Of a stretch of 32,000 nt of DNA, positions 16,116-23,887 are shown in pieces; the first letter of the stretch is position 1, and the number at the start of each line of letters is the position of its first letter. The translations under genes were made by a program, and so were the position numbers. Under the pieces are notes generated by a model, which saw only the letters and a list, made by a program, of their open reading frames with translations, did not search any database and was not told the DNA's origin. Location: the NCBI RefSeq assembly GCF_003231495.1, contig NZ_PQWO01000002.1:330001-362000 (forward strand). Reading direction: 5' to 3'. The stretch is from Acaryochloris thomasi RCC1774. GTDB taxonomy: Bacteria > Cyanobacteriota > Cyanobacteriia > Thermosynechococcales > Thermosynechococcaceae.

Positions 16116-16538
16116 ATGAGTGAAACCGCAACACCCGAAGCTCTATTCGATCAGGCTCTAGAGCGATATCAGGCTGGGGAATCACCTGAAACGTTGATCC
16201 CTGTATTTAAAGAGATTTGCGATCGCGCCAAAAAGAACAGTCCCGCCTGGACCTGTCTCTCCTGGCTCTATCTGCTTGCCGATAAGCCCAAATCAGCCTA
16301 CAAAGCTGCCCAGAAAGCTGTCAAGCTCAATCCTGAAGATCCGCAGGCGCGCGTCAATCTTTCCATTGCCATGCTCGAAAACGATCAGAAAGGCGTGCGT
16401 GCTCACGTCGAGATCGTGCAGCAGCTTGCCATGATTCCCGAGCTGAGAACAGAGCTTGAAGAAAGCTTTGCCGATGGTCTAAAGCGCAAGCCTGACTGGC
16501 CGAGTCTGCAGCGCGTCCAATCCTGGGTGTTTAATTAG
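16116..16538 (+). CDS. TPR-repeat protein
   Basis: About 140 aa, helical, with TPR-like repeats (AWTCLSWLYLLADKPKSAYKAAQKAVKLNPEDPQA). I prefer the ATG at 16116 over the TTG at 16110. Confidence 0.7.
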   Translation: MSETATPEALFDQALERYQAGESPETLIPVFKEICDRAKKNSPAWTCLSWLYLLADKPKSAYKAAQKAVKLNPEDPQARVNLSIAMLENDQKGVRAHVEIVQQLAMIPELRTELEESFADGLKRKPDWPSLQRVQSWVFN

Positions 16539-16541
16539 TCC

Positions 16542-16784
16542 ATGAAAGATACGCTGCTCAATGGTCTTAATACTCTACTGATGCTAAACGTCTTTTTCGT
16601 GATGTTTAGCTTTGTTTGGTTCGTTGCCGCCTTACTGGGTGAAAGCTTTGGTGTTTCCCTTGGGTTTCAGCTATGGCTGAGCCTCTGGGAACCCGTCTTT
16701 ACGCCTGCCATTGGTGTCTTGATGGGAGGGGCCGTACTAACGGGTATTCTCGGTCAGATTTTTAAGCGCCTGCAATCTTCTTAA
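16542..16784 (+). CDS. small two-TM membrane protein (hypothetical)
   Basis: 80 aa with two hydrophobic helices. It starts 3 nt after the TPR gene stop, so it is likely co-transcribed. Confidence 0.6.
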   Translation: MKDTLLNGLNTLLMLNVFFVMFSFVWFVAALLGESFGVSLGFQLWLSLWEPVFTPAIGVLMGGAVLTGILGQIFKRLQSS

Positions 16785-16810
16785 GTAATAGACTGTCGGA
16801 CATGAAAAAT

Positions 16811-16854
16811 AGCATTTCTGCCTCAGCTATAGAGCTAGAGGAATGCTTTTGATA
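16811..16854 (+). terminator. intrinsic terminator candidate after the aroK-to-membrane-protein gene string
   Basis: AGCAUUUCU (16811-16819) pairs with AGGAAUGCU (16839-16847), including one G-U pair, and is followed by UUUUGAU. An A-run lies upstream. Confidence 0.5.
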
Positions 16855-17353
16855 TTCTCGTGTTGTCAGTAAGCTGCTACCTCTTGACTGGCTCCCCATC
16901 ATTAACCCGCCGCTACTGAACTCACTGATCTGCTGAATAGGTATAAATCCTTAAGGCTGGCTTTAGGTTTGTTATGGATTTCTTTTAAGAAAAATGTTAA
17001 GCAAATGTACTTAGCGTGACTGACCCCTAAATACCCTTGAAATGCTTGAGATGCCTGTGGTGAAAGTATTTCAGGAAATACAGGACTTAGAAAAGATAAA
17101 CAACACTTATCAAAAGTTCGAATATATTCAATGTCTTGCTTATTGATTTAGTGCACGTAGAGCGATAAATTCAGTATTAAGATTACATAAACCAATCGCT
17201 GGTGCAGCAGTTAGGTCATACTGCCGTGCGTTAGGTCATCGCATTATCGCGTAAGTCAGCTTTTAGCAAATTGATGCTGATCCTGAGTTTGTCTTCTAGT
17301 CAAGCTTGGTTGCTGCTTGCGCAAAGATTCAGTCTTTCACAGGAAGAGACCCA
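16855..17353 (+). promoter_or_regulatory. rbcL upstream promoter/5'-leader region
   Basis: About 500 bp of AT-rich non-coding DNA upstream of rbcL. Contains a 7+2+7 inverted repeat (17066-17081), the GAATATATTC palindrome (17120-17129), a 10-bp direct repeat GTTAGGTCAT x2 (17210-17239), and an AGGAAGAG RBS at 17341-17348. Confidence 0.55.
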
Positions 17354-18784
17354 ATGGTATATTCACAAACTCAAACTTCTTCGTCGGGTGGTTACAAGGC
17401 CGGTGTACAGGATTACCGACTGACGTATTACACGCCGGATTATACGCCAAAGGATACAGATATCTTGGCCGCGTTCCGGATGACACCCCAGCCCGGTGTG
17501 CCTCCTGAAGAGGCCGGTGCTGCGGTTGCCGCTGAGTCTTCAACAGGTACTTGGACGACAGTTTGGACTGACCTCCTCACTGACCTAGACCGCTACAAGG
17601 GTCGTTGCTACGACATCGAATCCGTTCCTAACGAAGATAACCAGTACATTTGCTACATTGCTTATCCTCTCGATCTGTTTGAAGAGGGTTCGGTTACTAA
17701 CGTTCTGACCTCCATCGTCGGTAACGTGTTTGGTTTTAAGGCACTTAAAGCGCTTCGCCTAGAAGACCTGCGTATGCCAGTTGCTTACCTGAAGACATTC
17801 CAGGGTCCGCCTCACGGAATTCAGGTTGAGCGTGACAAAATTAACAAGTATGGTCGTCCGCTACTTGGCTGTACCATTAAGCCCAAGCTAGGCCTCTCCG
17901 CTAAGAACTACGGTCGTGCGGTTTACGAATGTCTTCGTGGGGGTCTTGACTTCACGAAAGATGACGAGAACATCAACTCTGCTCCGTTCCAGAGATGGCG
18001 CGATCGCTTCTTGTTCGTTGCTGATGCGATTAAGAAGTCCCAGGCTGAGACAGGCGAAGTTAAGGGTCACTACCTCAACGTCACGGCTCCGACCTGTGAG
18101 CAAATGCTCCAGCGGGCTGAGTTCGCGAAAGAACTCGAAATGCCGATTGTTATGCATGACTTCCTGACTGCGGGATTCACTGCTAACACCACTCTGTCTC
18201 ACTGGTGTCGTGATAACGGCCTGTTGCTTCACATTCACCGTGCCATGCACGCGGTTATTGACCGCCAGAAGAACCACGGTATTCACTTCCGTGTGCTCGC
18301 CAAGTGCCTCAGAATGTCTGGTGGTGACCACATTCACACCGGTACGGTTGTGGGTAAGCTCGAAGGTGAGAAAGGCATCACCATGGGCTTTGTTGACCTA
18401 TTGCGTGAAAACTACATTGAGCAAGACCGCTCTCGTGGTATCTACTTCACCCAAGACTGGGCTTCTATGCCAGGTGTAATGGCTGTGGCTTCCGGTGGTA
18501 TTCACGTGTGGCACATGCCTGCTCTCGTTGAAATCTTCGGCGATGACTCTGTCCTCCAGTTTGGTGGTGGTACTTTGGGTCACCCTTGGGGTAATGCTCC
18601 GGGTGCAACGGCTAACCGTGTTGCCCTAGAAGCTTGTATCCAGGCTCGTAACGAAGGCCGTGACATGATGCGCGAGGGTGCTGATGTCATCCGTGAAGCT
18701 TGTAAGTGGTCTCCTGATCTGGCTGCTGCTTGCGAACTATGGAAGGAAATCAAGTTTGAGTACGACGCTGTCGATACCATCTAA
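17354..18784 (+). CDS. rbcL: ribulose-1,5-bisphosphate carboxylase/oxygenase large subunit (form IB)
   Basis: 476 aa beginning [30 protein letters not shown], with the active-site block [13 protein letters not shown]. The 16 extra N-terminal codons in the ORF track (from 17306) are not RbcL-like. Confidence 0.97.
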   Translation: MVYSQTQTSSSGGYKAGVQDYRLTYYTPDYTPKDTDILAAFRMTPQPGVPPEEAGAAVAAESSTGTWTTVWTDLLTDLDRYKGRCYDIESVPNEDNQYICYIAYPLDLFEEGSVTNVLTSIVGNVFGFKALKALRLEDLRMPVAYLKTFQGPPHGIQVERDKINKYGRPLLGCTIKPKLGLSAKNYGRAVYECLRGGLDFTKDDENINSAPFQRWRDRFLFVADAIKKSQAETGEVKGHYLNVTAPTCEQMLQRAEFAKELEMPIVMHDFLTAGFTANTTLSHWCRDNGLLLHIHRAMHAVIDRQKNHGIHFRVLAKCLRMSGGDHIHTGTVVGKLEGEKGITMGFVDLLRENYIEQDRSRGIYFTQDWASMPGVMAVASGGIHVWHMPALVEIFGDDSVLQFGGGTLGHPWGNAPGATANRVALEACIQARNEGRDMMREGADVIREACKWSPDLAAACELWKEIKFEYDAVDTI

Positions 18785-18806
18785 TCGGACCTGAAGACTG
18801 AATCGT

Positions 18807-18851
18807 CCCTGCGGGTGTTTCTTCTATCTTGTATAGAGAGGCACCCAAGGG
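18807..18851 (+). other. imperfect stem-loop in the rbcL-rbcX spacer
   Basis: CCCT..GGGTG (18807-18817) pairs with CACCC.AGGG (18842-18851), with an inner TCTAT/ATAGA stem. It is probably an mRNA 3'-stability or processing structure. Confidence 0.4.
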
Positions 18852-18878
18852 TTCCTAGCCGTTTTCGAACAGGCCGAG

Positions 18879-19292
18879 ATGGAAATCAATCGCATTGCCA
18901 AAGAGACAACCAAGGTGATGATTAGTTATCTCACCTACCAGGCAGTTCGCACCGTTATCAATCAACTCGGTGAGACCAATAAGCCCTTGGGGTTTTGGCT
19001 GCACAATTTTTCTACTTCAGAGCGCATTAAAGATGGCGAAGCCTACTTGAAAGACCTCTTAGAGGAACATCAAGAGCTCGCCTTTCGGATAATGACAGTT
19101 CGAGAACATTTAGCGGAGGAAGTGACCGAGTATTTGCCCGAGATGGTTTGTACCGGCATTAAGCAGGCGAATATTGAGACCCGCTGTCGCCACCTAGAGC
19201 GGATGACTCAGGTTTCTAGTTCTGCGCCTGAAGCTAACGATTCAAATCAACCGACTGAGGATGATGAACCCGACGATATACCTGCCGAGTAG
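18879..19292 (+). CDS. rbcX: RuBisCO assembly chaperone RbcX
   Basis: 137 aa lying between rbcL and rbcS. The N-terminal TTKVMISYLTYQAVRTVINQL is the conserved RbcX helix motif, and the C-terminal tail is acidic. Confidence 0.9.
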   Translation: MEINRIAKETTKVMISYLTYQAVRTVINQLGETNKPLGFWLHNFSTSERIKDGEAYLKDLLEEHQELAFRIMTVREHLAEEVTEYLPEMVCTGIKQANIETRCRHLERMTQVSSSAPEANDSNQPTEDDEPDDIPAE

Positions 19293-19337
19293 TCATCTTA
19301 AGCCTAGACCTATTGCTGTTGTAATCTACCGAATACT

Positions 19338-19682
19338 ATGAAGACTTTACCTAAAGAGCGCCGTTTCGAGAATCTGTCTTATCTGCCCCCGTTGACGGAT
19401 CAGCAGATTGCTCGTCAGCTACAGTACATCATTGATAACGGGTTCTTCCCGGCGATCGAGTTCAACGAAGATTCTGAGCCTACCCAGTTTTACTGGACAA
19501 TGTGGAAGCTTCCTCTTTTCAGCGCTAGGAATGCTGATGAGGTTCTTCGTGAAGTGCAAGAGTGCCGCTCTGCTTACCCTGATTGCTATATCCGGGTTGT
19601 TGGCTTTGACAACATTAAGCAGTGCCAAGTTCAGAGTTTCATCGTTCACAAGCCTGGCAGTGGCAGCAGCTACCGCTACTAA
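19338..19682 (+). CDS. rbcS: RuBisCO small subunit
   Basis: 114 aa. [46 protein letters not shown] and YIRVVGFDN are canonical RbcS blocks. Confidence 0.95.
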   Translation: MKTLPKERRFENLSYLPPLTDQQIARQLQYIIDNGFFPAIEFNEDSEPTQFYWTMWKLPLFSARNADEVLREVQECRSAYPDCYIRVVGFDNIKQCQVQSFIVHKPGSGSSYRY

Positions 19683-19730
19683 TCCCCGATAACTGACCCA
19701 CCTGGGGTCTTCGGTTATCACTGAAAAATG

Positions 19731-19766
19731 CACCTACGGCCCTGAGGCTGTTAGGTGCATTTTGCT
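19731..19766 (+). terminator. rho-independent terminator of the rbcLXS operon
   Basis: GCACCUACGGCC / GGCUG(U)UAGGUGC forms a stem of about 12 bp with one bulge and a CUGA loop, followed by AUUUUGCUG. A second hairpin, GATAAC.GACCC/GGGTC.GTTATC, sits just upstream at 19689-19720. Confidence 0.7.
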
Positions 19767-19798
19767 GATTAGGAGATAGTTTCTAAACACGCTGTCAT

Positions 19799-20032
19799 CT
19801 AAGAAATTTCTCTACCACGGTAAAAACGAAGTGATTTTTTGCCTTTGTACCAAACCTCTTCAAATTCAACCTGGTAGCCCTCATATGCTTGATTTTGTAT
19901 AAATCCTAATGCATCATCTTCTGTCATTTCACTCCAGTCAAATGCAAGAAAGAGTAGCTCTGGTTCTTGCTCAACCTTTTCATACAAGGTATTCCACCCT
20001 TCCACCCAAGTCTCTTCGTGTTTTAATCCCAT
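19799..20032 (-). CDS. small highly acidic Trp-rich hypothetical protein
   Basis: 77-aa ORF with 17 D/E against 8 K/R and 4 Trp. No family recognised. It is convergent with rbcS. Confidence 0.5.
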   Translation of the reverse strand: MGLKHEETWVEGWNTLYEKVEQEPELLFLAFDWSEMTEDDALGFIQNQAYEGYQVEFEEVWYKGKKSLRFYRGREIS

Positions 20033-20107
20033 TAGATTTATGCAGATTTTTCCCTAGAGTTATAAACAGAGGGAAGAAGCACATTGTAATGAAACGGAAG
20101 TCAGGTT

Positions 20108-20629
20108 GTGCCACTCCGTATTTTTATTCGACGACCAACTACCGAAGATTGCTCAGCGTTACTGTCTCTCCACCGTAGAAGTCGAGACTTCTGTGCTCCG
20201 TGGATTGTACCGCTGTTGACTGAAGCGGACTGCATGGCTTACATCAACCGCTGTCAACGAGAAGATGTTGAGGGTTCACTGATTTGTTGTGCGACAACTC
20301 AACAAATTGTTGGGGTTGCCAATCTTAGCCAAATTTTCTACGGTCCCTTTCAGAATGCCTATCTTGGCTACTATGCCGGTGTCGATTTTGCTGGCAAAGG
20401 GCTGATGACAGAGGGAATACGGCTCGTCATCGATCATGCATTTAAGAAGCTGAGGCTACATCGAGTTGAAGCGAATATCCAGACCGGAAACACGGCTTCA
20501 ATCAACTTGGTCAAGCGACTGAATTTTACGAAAGAGGGCTTTTCTGAAAGATATCTGAAGGTCAATGGCAAATGGCGCGATCATGAACGCTGGGCCTTGA
20601 CGGTGGAAAACTGGGATATGACTCTATGA
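20108..20629 (+). CDS. GNAT family N-acetyltransferase (RimJ/RimL-like)
   Basis: 173 aa with a GTG start. Has the acetyl-CoA motif A region VDFAGKGLMTEG and LHRVEANIQTGNTASINLVKRLNFTKEG, typical of RimJ-like GNATs. Confidence 0.85.
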   Translation: MPLRIFIRRPTTEDCSALLSLHRRSRDFCAPWIVPLLTEADCMAYINRCQREDVEGSLICCATTQQIVGVANLSQIFYGPFQNAYLGYYAGVDFAGKGLMTEGIRLVIDHAFKKLRLHRVEANIQTGNTASINLVKRLNFTKEGFSERYLKVNGKWRDHERWALTVENWDMTL

Positions 20630-21279
20630 AGAATGTTGACCTTGTAATCTTTGACTGTGATGGTGTGCTCGTTGATAGCGAACGCATTACCAATACAGTA
20701 TTCGCTGAAATGCTCAATGAGCTGGGCCTTTCCCTTACGTTAGAGGATATGTTTGAGCAGTTTGTAGGACATTCGATGTCCTATTGTCTTGAGCTATCAG
20801 AAAAGCTATTGCAGCGACCCGTGCCGAATAACTTTGAAAAGGAATTTCATGAGAGAAGTGCGATCGCATACCAAACCTCACTCCAGCCCGTTCCCGGCAT
20901 TGTGGATCTATTGCAGGGGTTAGAAATCCCCTACTGTGTGGCTTCTAACTCAACCCATCAAGAGATGCAGGTCACTCTCGGAATCACACAGCTGCTCAAC
21001 TACTTCGAGGGCAAACGCTTTAGCGTTGCCGATGTAGCCCGAGGCAAGCCATACCCCGATGTATATCTATACGCCGCTAAACAGATGAGTGTTGTTCCTA
21101 ATCGATGTGTCGTCATAGAAGATACTGCAATTGGTGTCAGAGCTGCGGTTAGTGCTGGGATGCGAGTCTTTGGCTATGCAAAGCTAACACCTGCTCATCA
21201 GTTAGAAGAGGAAGGTGCGATCTCGTTTACAGATATGCAGCGATTTATAGAGCTGCTCAGCAACCTATCCTTATCCTGA
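20626..21279 (+). CDS. HAD-IA family hydrolase (YieH/beta-phosphoglucomutase-like sugar phosphatase)
   Basis: 217 aa with motif I FDCDGVLVDSE, motif II VASNS, the KP of motif III and VVIEDTAIGVRAAVSAGM. Its ATG overlaps the GNAT stop (ATGA at 20626-20629). Confidence 0.85.
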   Translation: MKNVDLVIFDCDGVLVDSERITNTVFAEMLNELGLSLTLEDMFEQFVGHSMSYCLELSEKLLQRPVPNNFEKEFHERSAIAYQTSLQPVPGIVDLLQGLEIPYCVASNSTHQEMQVTLGITQLLNYFEGKRFSVADVARGKPYPDVYLYAAKQMSVVPNRCVVIEDTAIGVRAAVSAGMRVFGYAKLTPAHQLEEEGAISFTDMQRFIELLSNLSLS

Positions 21280-21317
21280 CTGACTTTCGGAGAGACCTGC
21301 AGGCAGAGCAGCGTTAA

Positions 21318-22268
21318 TCAGCAGCCGCCGCTGAAGGGTAGGCTGGGGGGGAGTTTCCCCTGCTGACATAATTGTTTGAGTGTGTTGGGGCTCATCGTGG
21401 TTGCGATATAGAAGCGCCATGTTGGTCGAACGATGCGTGCTCTACCGTGGGTGATTGCAGGTAGAACGCCTTTCTGCGAGGGATTGCGTTTATCCGCGCC
21501 CACCCGATATTGGTAATGATCGCCATTCAAGTCTGCAGGCTTGCTGGGGTCTTGGGGGACGGCTCTTGCAGTTCCCCAAGCGATGACATATTCAATCTTG
21601 CCAGAGCTATGGTCGAAATGGGGGGTTGGAGACCAGCCGTGGATATGGTGCTTTGGATTGGTCCAGTTATTGAAGCCAATGCCTGCAAAGGCGCTACCGT
21701 CCTGACACAGTCCCCTGTTACCAAATCTTCGGCTTGGATTACCAAAGGGATGTTCAGCTGCTGTGCATGGAGGGCCAAAGTTCTGCTCATGCCACTCACC
21801 TTCTATGTAGGCGGCGAAATGCAGGTCGCCCATTTCTACCATGACGTTGTCAGGAGTTATACCGCGAACGCTATCAATATGGTTCCACGGGTTATAACGC
21901 TTAAATTTCTTGCCCAGTGGATGATCTAATCGATGAGTTTCAGCCTTTGTCGATGGGATGGGGTATTTTGCAAACCGCCAGTTACTGGGAACGCTGGGCA
22001 GTGGAGAAACTTCATGGGGCTCGGTTACTGCTTCTACGAGGTCTTGGATGGTGATGGATTGCTCGTCATCAGGGTGAATCTGCTTAGCGACTATCGTCGT
22101 AGAGGGGGAGGGGGAGCTGCTAGAAATCTTCTCGACCTGAGGATTAATCGGTAGGTTTGCATAGCTTTGCTGTCCTGCTCTCTCAGAAAGCAAAGCGGCT
22201 ATACAGGCTAGGGAGACTAGACCCATACTGATGACTGCTAAACGGAGAAAGTGAGCGGTTGGCTTCAT
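21318..22268 (-). CDS. secreted/anchored hypothetical protein, His/Trp/Pro-rich
   Basis: 316 aa. N-terminal signal or anchor (LRLAVISMGLVSLACIAALL), a Ser/Pro linker, then a domain rich in H, W, G and N. No family recognised. Confidence 0.7.
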   Translation of the reverse strand: MKPTAHFLRLAVISMGLVSLACIAALLSERAGQQSYANLPINPQVEKISSSSPSPSTTIVAKQIHPDDEQSITIQDLVEAVTEPHEVSPLPSVPSNWRFAKYPIPSTKAETHRLDHPLGKKFKRYNPWNHIDSVRGITPDNVMVEMGDLHFAAYIEGEWHEQNFGPPCTAAEHPFGNPSRRFGNRGLCQDGSAFAGIGFNNWTNPKHHIHGWSPTPHFDHSSGKIEYVIAWGTARAVPQDPSKPADLNGDHYQYRVGADKRNPSQKGVLPAITHGRARIVRPTWRFYIATTMSPNTLKQLCQQGKLPPSLPFSGGC

Positions 22269-22714
22269 TTTTTTTTGCCTTTGCTATCTCGCTTGAAAGA
22301 GTTAGAACCCATCAGTGAAGGTGTCACGGCAATATTTTGCTGAGTTAGGACCGCCGTTCTATGCCGCAGATGGATTTCAGTAGCTTAAATATCCTGATCA
22401 ATGCGTATACTGCCGCCTTTGGTGCCAATGTATATGAAGTTATGACGAGAGAGTCAGCGCCTTGTTTCCTACTATTTATTATGATTCTGTTACCAGGATT
22501 TGGGAAGTGTAGAAACGAGAGGTGGCCTCCGTTCTTAGGCAGCGCCTCAATATGCTTCATAAATAAATCAACAAGTGTTCGATACCATTGCGATTGATAA
22601 AGCGTCTGAGTGCCTTAGTAATTAGGGAAGGCACGAGAGCCGTTAACGCTAGACGGACTTGATGTGTTGTTTCTCAGCCTGCAGCAGTTCCTTGCTCTGC
22701 TTGGACAAGCCTCT

Positions 22715-23527
22715 TTATTGTGATGGAGAGGCAAGCTGGAGCGGAATATCTGCAAGCTGTACAAACTCAGAGTTAGAGAGTGATTGCCACTCTTGTTCTA
22801 GTCTTTGCTTTTTAGGATGACTTCGATGGAGGGTTGTCAACTGCGTGAGTGCGTCATACCATAGCCCCGCTTCAGCAAAGATATCAATCTGGGCAATCGG
22901 CTTGGCCTTGGCGATCTTTTTCGTCAGTTCAGGACTGGGCTTGATTCGCGTAATCCAACCTTCAACATATTGGTTCGTCACGTATTCATCATCTTCATCA
23001 AGACAGAGAAGCTTAACTTGCCAACGATAGTCTGTGTCGACTTCAAGAGCTGTAGCCATTGTGCCTGCTGGTATTTTTAAGCTCGCAATCCCTTCTTCAT
23101 TGCGAATTTGAAACCGAGTGCTGAAGACCTCAATCTCTTCAACGACAGGTTCTATATTGCTGACTTTGTACAGTACAAATTGAGCGGCGGGATGAGGATT
23201 GTTGTTCGGCATATACCAGTGAAAGGTCGGATATGCGGCTGTCGTAAATTCCCTGGACAGGTGATGCTCATTTTCCGGGACTAATGCTTTGAGGGGAGGC
23301 CCTTCTGGTGCTCTTGTTGTTCCTGGAGGATTGTCATTAGTGCGACAAATGGGGCGTGTTGCGGCTGCCTGTCGGTTACCAGGACGACGCAATCTTTTAC
23401 CTCTGGGGTTGAAGCCAGCCCAGCTTGGCATGCCCTGTAGCAGTACTGCGACAGTGATAACGAGAGCCGTTATGTCTGTAACCCGTCGAGCTTGAGTTTT
23501 TATATTGCTATGCATTGCTATATTCAA
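22715..23527 (-). CDS. DUF928 domain-containing secreted protein
   Basis: 270 aa with a signal peptide. The PTFHWYMP block, ALEVDTDYRWQV, VEGWITRI and AEAGLWYDALTQL match the DUF928 pattern as I remember it. Confidence 0.75.
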   Translation of the reverse strand: MNIAMHSNIKTQARRVTDITALVITVAVLLQGMPSWAGFNPRGKRLRRPGNRQAAATRPICRTNDNPPGTTRAPEGPPLKALVPENEHHLSREFTTAAYPTFHWYMPNNNPHPAAQFVLYKVSNIEPVVEEIEVFSTRFQIRNEEGIASLKIPAGTMATALEVDTDYRWQVKLLCLDEDDEYVTNQYVEGWITRIKPSPELTKKIAKAKPIAQIDIFAEAGLWYDALTQLTTLHRSHPKKQRLEQEWQSLSNSEFVQLADIPLQLASPSQ

Positions 23528-23887
23528 CCTTGTCTATAAACCATCTAGGAGACCGAAGATAATGGGTTAATGCCTTATCTTGGTACTAAACGACGGTTCT
23601 ACTTTGTGGACCCCATACCAATGTATGTTGCTGTGCTGCGCTTGGCTGTGATCACGGCAGATTCAATGTGTGAGTTAGATCTCACCCAAATATTCTCTCT
23701 GCTTTTGTTGGAAATGAAAGTCTTCTGTTCAGGTTGTTCTCAGAGATGTTAAGGCGTTTCTCAGAAGAAGCTGGAACAATGTTGCCAAGAATAATTCTGT
23801 GGCGGTATGTTGAGGTTTGCTGCATACCCTGCTGTGGGAATGGGGTATCTCCATATATAAGCCTGTCGCTCATTCACGCTACTAAGT

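Noticed and set aside
17066-17081. NtcA binding site upstream of rbcL
   Set aside because: The palindrome reads GTA-N10-TAC, whereas the established NtcA consensus is GTA-N8-TAC. It is kept only as an unassigned palindrome in the findings.
17306-17353. N-terminal 16-codon extension of the rbcL ORF ([16 protein letters not shown]) in the ORF track
   Set aside because: RbcL homology starts at MVYSQTQ…, at the ATG at 17354, which has an AGGAAGAG RBS 6-13 nt upstream. The extension begins at a non-ATG codon and looks like 5' leader.
19799-20629. 77-aa acidic ORF plus GNAT as a GNAT-toxin/antitoxin pair
   Set aside because: The genes are divergent rather than co-operonic. The GNAT looks RimJ/RimL-like and is coupled to the HAD gene. 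The small protein has no RHH or DUF1778-type DNA-binding features.
20626-21279. HAD hydrolase near rbcLXS as a CbbY-type xylulose-1,5-bisphosphate phosphatase (RuBisCO damage control)
   Set aside because: It is separated from rbcS by a strong terminator and a convergent ORF, and is coupled instead to a GNAT gene. By eye its sequence follows the YieH/beta-PGM-like HAD-IA pattern more closely than the CbbY sequence I remember. Proximity alone is not evidence.
22345-22597. Overlapping 71-aa (-) and 78-aa (+) ORFs in the AT-rich spacer
   Set aside because: They mutually overlap, show no motifs, RBS or family resemblance, and have composition typical of random ORFs in AT-rich DNA.
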